Source of the DNA: Eledone cirrhosa | Lineage: Eukaryota | Direction of reading: 5' to 3' | NCBI GenBank assembly: GCA_964016885.1 | Contig: OZ024743.1 | Span: forward strand, 356,500,001 to 356,564,000 | Length of the DNA stretch: 64,000 bases | In this document: piece by piece, positions 13,100 to 27,924 of the stretch | Layout of the letters: the number at the start of each line of letters is the position of its first letter | Position numbering within the stretch: position 1 is the first letter of the stretch | Made by a program: the position numbers and the translations under genes | Notes under the pieces: model-generated | What the model saw: the letters and a program-made list of their open reading frames with translations, nothing else | Databases searched by the model: none | What the model was told of the DNA's origin: nothing

Positions 13100-13524
13100 C
13101 AACGGAACTCATAACATTGGCAGTGAATAACTTCAGCTAAATATACAAGCAACAATTAAAAAGCTTGTCAGTGCAGACAAACATCACAGCATGCTTAGAG
13201 ATGAGAGGCTTTTAAGAATTCAAAAATAAACACTCATTCCTTCTAGCGTTGAAATCATGGATGTATGTTTGTAAGAGACGGTGGCGGGGGGGGGGGGGGG
13301 GTAGTGGTGTGGCATAGTGGTGGCAGTAAGGAGGTGGGTTGATAAGTGACATAACAGAGCCCTTTATGGCACCAACCATCTGACGATAAATGACTCTACA
13401 CTAAATGGAAATAGAAACGGAAAAGAAATTAATTTTGATCATTTCAGTCTCTGTCACATGATTTTATTTTTGTGTTTCTTGGTAAAGGTCCTTTTGTTAT
13501 GTTGCTTTCTAAATTTGATTTCAT

Positions 13525-14167
<643 letters not shown>

Positions 14168-16926
14168 CATCATCATCATCATCACCATTTTACGTCCGTT
14201 CTTCCACGCTAGCATGGGTTAGACGGGTTGTCCTGTTGTGGGCAGTGTCTGGTCGGCTGACCATGCCTTGCTCATACAGGAACTGATCTGGCTTGATTTC
14301 TACAGCTGGATGCCCTTCCTAACACCAACCTCATTTACAGTGAGTGCTGGGTGCTTTTTCGTGGCGCCTACACGTCCACTTTACAGTGTGGGCTGGGTGC
14401 TTTTTTGCCGTTGCACCTCCACGACCACCTTGCGGTGGGGGGGCATATTGTTTATATGCTTCAGCATGTACCCATGGGAGGTCGGGTACCCTGTATTACT
14501 GCGTGACGCCAGAAGTCACGGTCGTGTGTCATTGACTTTGAGAGGTGTAGTTGGGTAAGGTCGGCTTTTATCACCTCATCCCAAGTCATCTTGGGTCTCC
14601 CCACTCCGCGGTTTCCATCAACTTCTAGTGCTCTGCACCTTTTTATGCAGCTGTCATCCTTCATACGCATCACATGTCCATACCAGCGTAACCGCCTCTC
14701 CTGCACGCAGCATTTGATTCCTCTTATGCTCAGTCTCTCTCTCAATTCCTTTATGCTTTGTCGTTCACGTATATTACTGTTACACATCCATCGGAGCATG
14801 CAGGCTTCGTTTCTCTCTAATCTACGTAAGTCTTCCACCTTCAGCGCCCAGGTCTCACTACCATGCAACATCGCTGTTCGGATACACGCATCATACAGTC
14901 TGCCTTTCATTCTGAGGGAGAAGCCTTTTGCAGCTAGCAGTGGTAGTAGTTCCCTAAACTTCTTCCATCTCGTTCTTACCCTAGTTATTGTACTTTCTGA
15001 GCACCCACCTCCGTTGCTAATTCGGTCACCTAGGTAGCAGAAGCTGTCTACTGTTTCTACAGGGCCCTCCCAGAGATTGGTGGTACTTGTTTCCTGTGGC
15101 TGTTTGCTTGCTGTTTCAGCACAGCTGCTGCATGTGAATCCTACATTCTTAATTAAGCTTCCTGAGATCCCGCTACATCTCTTGTGTACCCATTGTTTGC
15201 ATTTGGGGCAAAGAATGGAGTTCCTACCTACACCTTTCCTACATACTGAGCAAGGCCATTTCCCTGAGGGGATCTGGGTTCTGTTTTCTCGTCTACTTAT
15301 AAGGACCTTAGTCTTTGTCATGTTGACTTTGAGGCCCTTTCTCTCTAGTCCCTGCTTCCAGGTTTGGAATTTATTCTCTAGTTCTACCATAGATTCAGCT
15401 ATGAGTGCGAGGTCATCAGCATACAGGAGTTCCCATGGGCATCCGGTCTTAAACTCCTCCGTTATTGCCTGCAGGACTATGATGAACAGGAGAGGGCTAA
15501 GAACAGAGCCCTGGTGGACCCCAACCTGTACGCTAAATTCCTCGCTATACTCATTGCCAATCCTAACTTTGCTGACTGCTCCCCTATACATGGCTTGTAC
15601 CGCTTTCACAAGCCATTCATCTACTCCTAGTTTTCTAAGAGCCCACCAGATTACTGCACGTGGAACTCTGTCAAAGGCTTTCTCAAGGTCGACAAATGCC
15701 AAGTAGAGTGGCTTACTTTTAGCTAGGTACTTTTCCTGTAATTGCCTCACAAGGAAGAGCGCATCAGTGGTGCCTTTCCCTGGTACAAACCCAAATTGCA
15801 TCTCGTCTATATTCACCCGGTCCATAATCAGCTGTGCTATAACTCTTTCTGTTACTTTCATGACCTGGTCCATCAACTTTATACCTCTATAGTTTCCTCT
15901 ATCTAGTGCATCGCCTTTACCTTTGTAGCAGTTGACAATGATGCTACTGCACCAATCTTTTGGTATGGCCCCCTCTAGTATTACCTGGTTAACGATACGT
16001 GTGGTTATAGTGTGACCTACAGACCCAGATGCCTTCAGCATCTCGGCAGCTATACCCGATGGACCGGTTGCCTTCCCTATCTTCATATCTCTGATTGCCT
16101 TACTTACTACGCTGCCGCTGACTTGTACTGCTGGTCCCTCTATAGGGTCTACGTGGGGTAGGGTCTCTTCTTCCCATGCATTCTCCTCATTTAGTAATCT
16201 ATCATAATGACTCTTCCATGCATCTTTCTTCTCAGCACTTGTGAGGGCAAGCTCACCTTTATCATTCCGGATACACTTCTCTCCAATGACATCACAACTA
16301 TCTCTGACACACTGCCTCGCAATCTTGAATACCTCCTGTTTCTGGTCCTCACGTTGTAAAACATGCTTGAATTTTCTATCCTCTGCTTCCCTCCTAGCTA
16401 AGTATACTTGTCGCCTAGCTTCCCTCTTGGTCTCTATGTAATGTACCCTGCTCCCCCCGTTCTTCCATTCTTTCCATGCCTGTCTCTTGGCCTTGACTGC
16501 TTCATCTACCTTATTGTTCCACCACCAAGTCACTCTCCTCCTGCTTGAGGTCTTACTCCAGCCACAAACCTCATCCGTCGCCTCTAGTAAGTTATTTTTT
16601 TAGGAACTCCCAGTTCTCTTCTACGTTAAATGTCTCTATCTGTTCTTCTTTACTGTCGTAGGCGTTGAGTAAAATATCTTTAAATCTGTTACTGGTTGAG
16701 GGGACTTTCAGCTTCCAGATCTTTCTTCTCCAGGTTGGCCTCTGTTTCAGGGCTCGTCTAGTTCTGACCGTGAGGTCGCTGACAACTAAGCTATGTTGGG
16801 ATGTACATTCCTCACTAGGGAAGGCTTTTGTGTTTACGACCGTCCATCTGTCACGTCCTCTGATGAGGATAAAATCTAACTGACTAGAGTGCTCCCCTGA
16901 TCTATAGGTGATCAGGTGGTTGTCGG
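14168..16926 (-). mobile_element. RTE-clade LINE family A, second young 5'-truncated copy
   Basis: ORF 14461-16533 nearly identical to the first copy; +1 frameshift in a T homopolymer near 16595; (GAT)n tail. Confidence 0.95.
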
Positions 16927-17035
16927 TATGTGTATATATATATATACATATATATATACACATACACACACACACATATATATATATACATATATATATA
17001 TATACACACATATATATATATATACATATATATAT

Positions 17036-19854
17036 CCCAATCCGGACTGCCTGGCGCTATAAAAGACAGATTCTATGAGACACTGATGCTCACTACCTCC
17101 CAAATAACCGACAGTGACTATATAATTATTGCTGGCGACCTAAATGGTCACGGTGGACAACATTGTGACGGCTATGACGGAATCCACGGAGGCTATGGGT
17201 TTGGTACTTGAAATGAGGAAGGCTCCAGAATCCTGGAATTCTGCGACGCAAATAACCTAACTATCTGTAACTTCAAAAAAAGAGACAATCACTTGATCAC
17301 CTACAGATCAGGGGAACATACCAGCCAGGTAGATTATATCATTACCAGAAGACGTGACAGAGTGTCTGTTGTAAACACTAAATCCCTCCCCCATGAAGAA
17401 TGCACCTCCCAACATAGACTGATAATTAGCGACCTCATAGTCAGGACGAGACGTACTCGACAGCAGAAAAGGACTATCCTCAGGAGAAAAATATGGAAGC
17501 TAAAGGACGCCACAGCCAGAAATAAATTTAAAGGCATATTACTTGATGCTTTCGCAAGAAGTGAAGCAGAGGAAAGAAAGTTCAAGCATGTTCTACAACG
17601 CGAGGACCAAAAACGTGAGGTGTTCAGGATTGCTAGGCAGTGTGTCAAGGAAAAACGTGATATTGTCGGGGAGAAGGTGTACTTAATGGTGTACTTGCCA
17701 TCACTGACGCTGATAAGAAGGTAGCTTGGAAGTGTCACTACGAAAGGCTACTAAATGAGGAGAATAAATGGGAGAAAGACAGTCTCCCCCACATAAACCC
17801 AATAGAGGGACCAGCAGTGTTAGTCAAAGGTAGTATAATAAGTAAGGCAATCAAAGATATGAAGACGGGTAAGGCGGCTGGGCCTTCGGAAATAGTTGCT
17901 GAAATGCTGAAAGCTTCTGGAACGGTGGGACACACCATGGTCACCCGGATAGTTAACCAAGTCATACAGAATGGGGTTGTTCCGAAGGACTGGCATAGCA
18001 GCATCATCATTAACTGCTACAAGGGTAAAGGAGATGCCCTAGATAGGAGTAACTATAGAGGCATTAAATTAATCGACCAGGTAATGAAGGTCACAGAAAA
18101 AGTAATAGCGCAACTAATCAGAGAGAGAATTGATCTAGATGAAATGCAGTTCAGGTTTGTGTCAGGCAAAAGTACCACAGACGCTCTTTTCATTGTACGA
18201 CAACTACAGAAGTACCTAGCTGAAAGTAAACCCCTATACTTAGCTTTTGTAGAAAGCCTTCGACAGAGTCCCCCGTTCCATTATCTGGTGGGCTCTTAGA
18301 AAACTAGGTGTTGATGAATGGTTTGTGAGAGCTATACAAGACATTATACAGAAACAGTCAGCAAGGTTAGAATTAACAACGAATATAGTGAAGAGTTTAG
18401 CGTAAAAGTTGGTGTTCATCAGGGCTCCGTTCTTATCCCCCTACTATTTATTATTGCCCTTCAGGCTATAACAGTGGAGTTCAAGACCGGCTGCCCATGG
18501 GAACTCCTATACGCAGATATTCTAACGCTCATAGCTGAATCAATGGCCAAAGTAGAGAAGAAATTCCAAACATGGAAGCATGGCCTAGAATCAAAAGGCC
18601 TTAAAATTAACCTGTCTAAGACTAAAGTTCTAGTTTGTAGGAAGGAAAATAGGGTGCCGGTCCCATCCGGGAAATGGCCATGCTCAGTGTGTAGGAAAGG
18701 AGTAGGTAGAAACTCCATTTTATGTCCCAAATGCAAAGTATGGGTGCATAAAAGATGTAGTGGGATCACAGGTAAGCTAACTAAGAACATAGATTTTACA
18801 TGTGGCTGGTGCTCTGGTGCAATAAGTAGCAGCAAGTGCCCACAAAATACTAGCTCTTTCAATTGCGCAGAGGGTTCTATAGAAATAGTGGACAGCTTCC
18901 GTTACCTGGGTGACAAAATCAGCAGTGGGGGAGGGTGCTCTGAAAGTACAGTAGCTAGAGTCAGAACTGGATGTAAAAAGTTCAGAGAGCTTATACCACT
19001 ATTAGCCGCTAAAGGGTTCTCCCTAAAAATGAAAGGCAGGTTGTATGATGCCTGCATACGAACAGCAATGTTGCATGGCAGTGAGAGCTGGGCATTGTGT
19101 GCAGAGGATATACGCAGACTAGAGAGGAACAAAGCTTGCATGCCCCGCTTGATGTGTAATAGTAATATACGTGAACGGCAAAGCATAAACGAACTAAGGG
19201 AAAAATTAGAAATAAGAGGGATCAGATGTTGATTACTCGAGAGAAGGCTACGTTGGTATGGTCACGTGATGCGCATGAAAGACGACAGCTGTATAAAAAA
19301 GTGCAGGGCAATAAAAATAGACGGTAGCCACGGAGTAGGCAGACCCAGAAAAACCTGGGACGACTTGATAAATTCCGACCTCACAGACTTACACGTCTCC
19401 AAGACAATGTCACTGGACCGAGAACTTTGGCGCTACACAGTAATAGAGAAGACCCGCCTTACATAAGTACAAAGTGAAACCTACTACAGTCAGTAGGCAC
19501 CTCTAACGAAATACACCCCACTCCCCCCACCCCATCCACACCACCCCTTTCAATGTAAAGTTATATTCGTACCACAACATCCGACCCGAAACAAATAAGG
19601 TCGTGTAGGTGTCACGACAAAAAAACACACAGTCCACGCTGTAATGTGGCCGTGTAGGTAACACGGTAAAAACCTCCCAGTTCCACACTGTAAATGTGGT
19701 TGGTGTTAGGAAGGGCATCCAGCCGTAGAAAACCCGCCAGACAGTCCTATGCGAGCAAGACAACCTCTCTTGCCTCAAGTGGGAAAACTCCCGTCCAAAC
19801 CCATGCAAGCGTGGAATATGGACGTTAAACGATGATGATGATGATGATGATGAT
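17036..19854 (+). mobile_element. RTE-clade LINE family B, degraded copy
   Basis: APE remnants (GDLNGH), RT fragments with stops and frameshifts, internal deletion near 17554, zinc finger retained, 3'UTR with (GAT)n. Confidence 0.93.
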
Positions 19855-19875
19855 ATATATACATATACATATATA

Positions 19876-19921
<46 letters not shown>

Positions 19922-19924
19922 CAC

Positions 19925-20153
19925 ACACAGACAGTCCACGCTGTAATGTGGCCGTGTAGGCAACACGGTAAAAACCTCCCAGCCCCACACTGTAAATGTG
20001 GTTGGTGTTAGGAAGGGCATCCAACTGTAGAAAACCCGCCAGACAGTCCTATGCGAGCAAGACAACCACTCTTGCCTCAAGTGGGAAAACCCCCGTCCAA
20101 ACCCATGCAAGCGTGGAACACGGACGCTAAACCTGATGATGATGATGATGATG
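19925..20153 (+). mobile_element. Isolated RTE-B 3'UTR/tail copy
   Basis: Repeats 19625-19854; another short copy at 21466-21637. Confidence 0.85.
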
Positions 20154-20183
20154 ACACACACACATATATATATATACATACAC

Positions 20184-20228
<45 letters not shown>

Positions 20229-20381
20229 CACACACACACACACATATATATATACACACATATATATATATACACACATATATATTTATACACACATATA
20301 TATATATACACACACATATATATTTATACACACATATATATATATACACACACATATATGTATATATATATAGGAACCAGT

Positions 20382-20473
20382 AGGACCCCGACGACTGAGC
20401 TCATGCCGTTTCGACGGCTAATTCTGGACTGAATTAGCCGTCGAAACAACTTGAGCTCAGCCGTCGGGGTCCT
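20382..20473. repeat. GC-rich hairpin, 43-bp arms and 6-nt loop
   Basis: Arms 20382-20424 and 20431-20473 differ at 4 positions. Confidence 0.9.
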
Positions 20474-20563
20474 TAGTCGTTCATATTACCCAGTCTACTA
20501 CCCTAAGTATTGAGTACTTTGGTGCGTTATGGTCCATCTGGTCCCTTACCACACTTCCTTCGT

Positions 20564-20613
<50 letters not shown>

Positions 20614-20622
20614 GACACACAC

Positions 20623-21025
20623 ATCATCATCACCGTTTTACGTCCGTTCTTCCACGCTAGCATGGGTTAGACGGGTTGTCCTGTTGTGGGCAGTGTCTGG
20701 TCGGCTGACCATGCCTTGCTCATACAGGAACTGATTTGGCTTGATTTCTACAGCTGGATGCCCTTCCTAACACCAACCTCATTTACAGTGAGTGCTGGGT
20801 GCTTTTTCATGCCGCCTACAGGTCCAGTTTACAGTGTGGGCTGGGTCCTTTTTTTCCGTGGCACCTCCACAACCACCTTGCAGTGGGAGGGTGTGGGGGC
20901 ATATTGTCTATATGCTTCAGCATGTACCCATGGGAGGTCGGGTACTCTGTATTACTGTATGACGCCAGAGGTCACGGTCGTGTGCCATTGCCTTTGAGAG
21001 GTGTAATTGGGTAAGGTCGGCTTTT
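20623..21025 (-). mobile_element. RTE-A 3' fragment
   Basis: Matches 6200-6612; another fragment on + at 31075-31387. Confidence 0.9.
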
Positions 21026-21665
21026 ATATATATACACAGATATATATATTGCTGAGAAAGTAGTTTCCTCGTTCGTCTCTTTACCAGAAGTCAGATATAT
21101 TTTTTATGTGGGCTGACGGTAATTGATTAAGGAACTACAGAAACCCATAAAGCTAGAATTTAACATCCTTCTAGCGGGTCCGGGTAAGATTTTACATTCA
21201 TTTAATTTATTAATTTATTATTTGTGTGACCCGAATTTTCCTGGTCGTTTTTTCGGCTGTGCGAATGATTTTAAGCATTGTCTCTATGTGTTGGTATTTA
21301 AACGATAGTTATAGCTCTGGTTTATCCAAACTATTGAGCCCTTTGCCACACATTTCGAAGATTGTGTTTCGTTATTTCGTGGGCTGAGATTCCGATTCTC
21401 GATTATTTATTTGTATATATATATATATATATATACAGATACACACACACATATATATATATACACACTGTAAATGTGGTTGGTGTTAGAAAGGGCATCC
21501 AACTGTAGAAAACCTGCCAGACAGTCCTATGCGAGCAAGACAATCACTCTTGCCTCAAGTGGGACTACCCCCGTCCAAACCCATGCAAGCGTGGAACACG
21601 GACGTTAAACGTTGATGATGATGATGATGATGATGATATACACAGACACACATATATATATATAT

Positions 21666-21830
21666 GATATGGACCCCAGTCCCTATCATCTCATTTCTAC
21701 AGCTGAGTGAACTGGAGTAATGTGAAATAAAGTGTCTTGCTCAAGGAAACAACACATCACCCGGCCTGAAAATTGAACTCACAACCTTTCGATTGCAAGG
21801 CCAATGCTCTAACCACTAAACCATGTGCCT

Positions 21831-21883
<53 letters not shown>

Positions 21884-22010
21884 TGCAAAGTGGTCGTGGA
21901 GGTGCCACGGGAAAAAAGCACACAGCACTCACTGTAAATGAGGTTGGTGTTAGGAAGGGCATCCAGCTGTAGAAATCAAGCCAGAATCAGTTCCCATCCC
22001 ACCCTTGCAA
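21666..22010. mobile_element. SINE family 2 (tRNA head, CORE-like middle, RTE tail) with its 5' half inverted
   Basis: Head on - at 21666-21832, (TA)n, tail on + at 21881-22010; compare contiguous copy 52545-52895. Confidence 0.8.
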
Positions 22011-22171
22011 CACACATAAACAATGTTTTTTGTTTTGCCTTGTTTTCGTTCATGGTCTTGCCTTCGGTTAATTTTCCTATATGTGTGTGTGTGAAAAGTA
22101 AACAGAATTAAAGAAAACGACATAGTACAAAGAAATTTATTAGTTTAACGCTTGATATAAAAGGAAAAGAA

Positions 22172-22207
22172 TCTGAACGTTTTGGACATTAGTCTTTCAT
22201 CAGAAAA
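22172..22207 (-). ncRNA. Decayed minimal hammerhead ribozyme motif
   Basis: Minus strand ttt-CTGATGA-aagactaatgtcc-aAAA-cgttcaga; same family as 50355-50390. Confidence 0.5.
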
Positions 22208-23055
22208 TAGAATGAAGAATAAAAGATGAAATAGAACGATAGAAAGTGAGAAAGAACAGAAAATTTTTTTTAGAGAAAAAACGTGTATATTCAATCAGCC
22301 ATTTTGGAGAAATGCTGGTCAGTGGATATCATAGGTATTATGGTGGCAATAGCACTATAAAGGTTTCTTTGTTTGGTAAGTTTTCTACAGATGGATGCCC
22401 TTTCTATATAAACATACATAAACACACAAGGTATACATACGCATTGGTGTATATGTGTGCATGTGTGTGAGTGTGTATACAAACACACATACATTGTCAA
22501 GCTGACGTTACAGTAGAAGACACTTAAGATGCCATACAGTTTCCTTTCAAATAAATTTTCATTTCATGAGGTTTCGTCATATCAGGTGCAGATAGGAGTG
22601 AAAGAGGTGGGAAGGAGATGAAGAGATAGAGAAGTGATGTAGAGACAAGTTGGGAGGGGGGCAAATCAAAATAAAAAGATAGGAAGGATGAAAGAAAGAC
22701 AAAGGTTCTAACGAAAGACACTGTAATGAAAAATATGAAATAATGCAATAATAATAACAACAACTACAACAACAATATCAACAAGTGTATTTCATAAAAG
22801 AAGACTCTCTTGAGTGATTGCAGAGTGTATGCTTCCTGGCTCAGGTGTATTGTGTAATTAGGAAAGTATTTAGGTGTATCTATGAGTGAAATCTGATTCT
22901 GTTTATAGAAGGAAGGAAAAGTGTTTAAGTGTGTTCAAAGTGAGAATAAGAGGAGGTGAGGGGGATAGTGTGAATGGGTGCATTTATGCATTTAAAACAA
23001 AACACCCACATAACACTCATATATACATACATAATATAGATGTATGTGTATATAT

Positions 23056-23096
<41 letters not shown>

Positions 23097-23097
<1 letters not shown>

Positions 23098-23575
23098 CAT
23101 CATCATCATGCTCGTTTAACGTCCATCTTCCATGCTAGCATGGGTTAGACGGTTTTGTTCCATTTGATGCGGGAATGGTCGGGAGACTGTGTGTCGTTCG
23201 TACGGAAGTGTCTCTGGCAGGTTTTTTACAGCTGGATGCCCTTCCTAACACCAACCCCATTTACAGTGTGGACTGGGAGCTTTTTAACTGTATCTCCTAC
23301 AAGACCACCTTACAGTGTGGACTGTTATGTCATCGACACAGTGGAGGGAACGGAAATGGGAGGATAGGGTAGGGTGTGTGGGGTGGGGTGTATATTGCAT
23401 ACAAACCTACTGAATGTAGGTTTGTATGCAAGGGAAGGCGGGTCTTCCATAGAACTGCATGGCACTAAAGATCTCAATCTAGTGACATTGTCTTAGAGAG
23501 GTATAAGTGAGCAAGGTCAGTTTTTATCACCTCGTCCCAGGTTTTTCTTGGTCTACCCACTCCGTAGCTTCTATC
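23097..23575 (-). mobile_element. 3' fragment of an RTE-A/B-related LINE
   Basis: DRSYGVGRPRKTWDEVIKTDLAHLYLSKTMSLD, shared 3'UTR module and (GAT)n tail. Confidence 0.85.
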
Positions 23576-23989
23576 ATACATACACACACACATATATATA
23601 TATAAATATACACACACACATGCAATAGCACTAACACAGTGAGCTTCATAATAAAGGTGTTTATGAAGGGATATATGATATGTTAATGTACAATAAACAT
23701 GCAAAAGTCTTGTTATGAATATTTTAAGCTGTGATCATGTGTCACAGCTATCTCAGTGGCCATGTGAGAAAGCCTCACATGTGTTTCTGGATTTTTACAT
23801 GCCCTCAGTACTGAGACAAGAATTAGTAATGGCTTATATACTTTTTTCTTTTGCATATAAAACATCAGCTGGAAATGCTGTTTTGTATATAGTACTAGCT
23901 TGATTTGACACAAACACAACAAGGGATTATCTTATGAGATACAACGCAGAAAGGATTGCTCTAGAAGTCATGCCAAAGGCACATCATAA

Positions 23990-24640
23990 CACCTTTACAA
24001 ATACGGAATACTTGAAAAATATTCCAATACAAACAGCAGTCCTGGTGTAAACTAATCTGATATAGTTCTATGGGACAGGGAATAAATGACATGCACTGTT
24101 GCAGAGGTCAGTTATCCAGTGCAAGGTAAAGAAAAACTTCTATGGTGAGCTAACATGGAACTTGTAGCTCCTGTAACCTGACTATAGAGTTTACACTTGT
24201 AGATATTGTTGGAAATGGTTGCTTCTAATAGGACCCTTCCAGGAAAGAGCAGGGGGGGGGAGACCAGTTATCATAATGGCACTGGGCTATATAGCAACAG
24301 ATTTGAATAGAAAAGGAAAGGAGTTGATTGTCAGACCAGACTAAGGAAACAGTGCTTCCAATAGTCTTCCCATAGCTGATATTATCTGTTGGCCACAATT
24401 CTTGGCAGAACAAGCAATGTGAAATAAAATATTTTGCACAAGAGAAAACAGCACACAACCCATCAAGGGATTGAACCCAAGAATTCATGATCATGAGTGC
24501 AACACCCTAACCATTAGTCCACATGCTTAGAAATGCTGGGATCCCTCCCACGCCCACCCACCAAAAATAGCAAAGAGACCAGCATTCTTCAAATGCAATT
24601 GATTGCTGTGATAAAGTGAAGATTTGCAAGACATTCCCAA
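23990..24640 (+). pseudogene. Decayed Dong/R4-like LINE endonuclease region, interrupted by a family 2-like SINE (about 24230-24530)
   Basis: EYLKNIPIQTA...DIVLWDRE*MTCTVAEVSYP...PDY..., resuming ...VKICKTF. Confidence 0.55.
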
Positions 24641-25904
24641 CATTCTCCATTTGAGTTACTTGGAATTAATATATGTACACACACATACATCAATAGTAAT
24701 CATGGAGACACAGAGGAACACCTGTATACTAGAGAGACATATCCATTGATAACAGGAGTGCAAGCATGTAGGCCTACACATGTATTTACAAATCCCTAGA
24801 ATTGTCTTGACTGAAAAAGAAAAAGACATCTTGTCACTTGGTTAGTGACCAGCTTGAATTTTGCAGAGAAAAGCTTAAGTCTCAAAGAAGAGATACATAC
24901 ATGTATGTATATATATATATAATAATAAAATGGATCCTCTGTTGGTTTTGCTGCAAAAATCCATGTATATCTGGGTATTATATATATATATCATCATCAT
25001 AAAAATGCATGTGTGAGTATATTCAGGTATATGTTTTATGTCTGTGTGTGTGTCTGTATCTAATAAACATTAGATACACACACACAAATGTGTTTATATG
25101 TGTATATATATATATATATCAATTCTCTGGGAATCATGTTGTCAAACCATTTAATGCTTTGATAACTCAAAGAAAAAAAAAGGAAAATCACTAAATACAA
25201 ACACTAAAACAACAAAAGCAACAACTACAGCAACACACTGAAAAAGATTGTGTTACTATTTTTGAAGATTTCACATTAAGAAAGCACAAAGAAGCTTGTT
25301 AGAAGCAAACCACCTTCAGAGATAGATGATGTCTTGGAGAAGAATGGCAGCTATTGTGATATATTATGGATATAGCCATGTTGATCAATGTCTGATAGAG
25401 GATGAGATATTGCAGTAACAATGCAACAGACTGCTGGCATATGTATGCACACACACTCACTAAGATATACATATATAGAGATGGATTGATACTGTCAGAA
25501 TTAATACTCAAATATACAATAACTCTGGATTTAGTCTAGGTGTGAGGCAAAATGCAGAGGATGGGCATACATTCAATCCTTCACAAGGAAGGAAGGGCAA
25601 TGCCTGTGATCCTTACAGGGTTTTCACAATGTGTGGCAAGGATGGAGGCAGGGAGAAAAGTAACCTAAAACCAACAGCTTGAACAGAATGCTTGAAACAG
25701 ACTGAAATCTATATAAGAGATGGGGGTGGTGCTAAACCTGGAGATGGATTATGTCTGCCACCCAAGTAGACCATGTCGAGATTTTAACTCAGAATTCAAA
25801 GAACCATAAGGCACCTTTGATGCTCCTACAAATAAACCAATATGCCAACCTGGATGGCTACTTTCTTTATTGACCTCAATACAATGAAAGGCAAAACTAG
25901 TCTC

Positions 25905-26292
25905 CAGAGAATTTGAACACAGATGAAGCAAGCATGCTCCGATGGATGTGCAATGTCAATGTGCATGAACGACCAAGTATAGACGAGTTGGGAGTGATAA
26001 ATTGTAGTGCGCGGGAGAAAAGACTGCGTTGGTATGGACATGTGATGCACGTGGAAGATGACCGCTGGGTAAAGAAGTGCCAAGAAATCCCAGTGGAAGG
26101 AAGACACAGTAGAGGAAGACCACGAAAATCATGGGCAGCGGTGGAGGTGGTGAGAGCTGACATCAGATCGCTGAAGCTCACAGAGGAGATGGCAAAGGAC
26201 CTTGACGAATGGAGAGATGCGGTGCTGAAAAGGACCCGTTCTATCCTTTGCAAGCAAGGAAAATCGCACGTAAAATAATGTTGATGATGATG
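25905..26292 (+). mobile_element. RTE-C 3' fragment
   Basis: EASMLRWMCNVNVHERPS...RLRWYGHVM...GRPRKSW; tail 'ttgcaagcaaggaaaatcgcacgtaaaa' then gat repeats. Confidence 0.9.
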
Positions 26293-27924
26293 GATTTCAG
26301 AGCCAGAACAGATACTGCTAGATGTTTTATCTCATACTCTAAGAATTTCCAATTTTCTGTGACTACTGCTGCTGTTGTTTAACCCCAGGTCAGTCCTGAT
26401 CCAGCAAACTTACTATCGAAATTATTCTACTGTTCAAATTTTTTTCAGGCTTAATGCCAAAGAAAGATTGTATTACTGAAAAGTATGGTTGGAAGTAGAT
26501 TTAGCTGGTATTTCTCGGAAATTCAGCAACCTTATAGTAGTTCTCCCTCATTAGCTTGGAGTGCTGTAGTATTTTTTGTAACAGTTGTATATAGGCAGTG
26601 AATTGGCAATGTCATTAAATAATTTATTGTTGAACTTGGGCTTCGTTTTTATCAATATTTCATCATTTAGCACTAGTTTGTTACACTATGTACATGTTTT
26701 CTCTGTGTTAATTTTATGTAAATAATTGATGGAATCATTGTTTACTTAGGCAGCAAAATGATAGAGTTGTTAGAGGGGCGGACAAAAATGTCATGCAGTA
26801 TTTGTTACAGCACTCTGCGCTCAAATTCTGCTAGGGTTGATAAAATAAAATACCACTCCAAGGTGGTGAACTGGCAGAATTACTAAAACATTAGACTGGA
26901 TACCTAGGGACATTTCTTCTACTGTTTTGCATTCTGAGTTCAAATTCAGCAATGGCCTATTTCAGTGGAAAACATAATACATTGCTTAGCTTAACACAAC
27001 CACATGATCCTTAGATGCCTTTATGAGAGTGTTGAAGGCATTGAAGCCAAGTCAACAGATTAAGGCTACTTTCCTCTCTACCTTCAATTAGTCCCAAAAG
27101 GTTTAGAAAGTGTCATAGTCACTGCCCTTTTCTCCCTGGTAGAAAAACTAAATAAAAACTGAATGATTGCAGCTTCAGGATAACAAAGCAAGTGAAGGAT
27201 AGAACATCTTTGCAGTTGCTTGACCTATTGAAAATAGCAACCAAATCACAGGCTAAACTTTTAAAGAGGGATCCATTGATATAGGCGGCAAATTGGCAGA
27301 GTTGTTAGAACGTCGGCTAGAATGCTTTATGGCATTTGTTACGGCTCTCTGAGTTCAAATCTTGCCTAGATCAACTTTGCCTTTCATCTTTTCAAAGTTG
27401 ATGAAAAAGTACAAGTCTAGTACTGGGGTCGATTCTTCCTCTATATCTCTTTCTATCTTTCTATCTTTCTCTGGGAAAAATCTATTGTATTCAGGCCTGG
27501 AGAGGGATGGGCTCCGCCAGGCTTAAAATGCCCATACGGTGCCCCTATGACCATCAGAAGGTACAGGACCATACATACATATATACATACATTGATATAC
27601 AATAGGATGACATCGTAATGGTTGGATGGCTTTTTATCTCATGCCTGCTTGAATAGAGCTAACTTGGAGCTAAAATAAAAGGATACGGTCTCTCGGACAG
27701 GTTTCTAAACAGTTTCCGTCTACCAATTTTCACTCATAAGGCATGGCCAAAATAAATGATACTTGCCCAAAATATCATATAGTGGGATTGAACTTAGAAC
27801 TGAATTATTGTGAAGCAAATCTCTTAACTATTTGGCTATGATGTGTCCACATGAATAGATTAAGAATGAGTAGATGGTAGACTTGTTTAACCATTGACTA
27901 CTACAATGAAAGGTGGATATTTAA

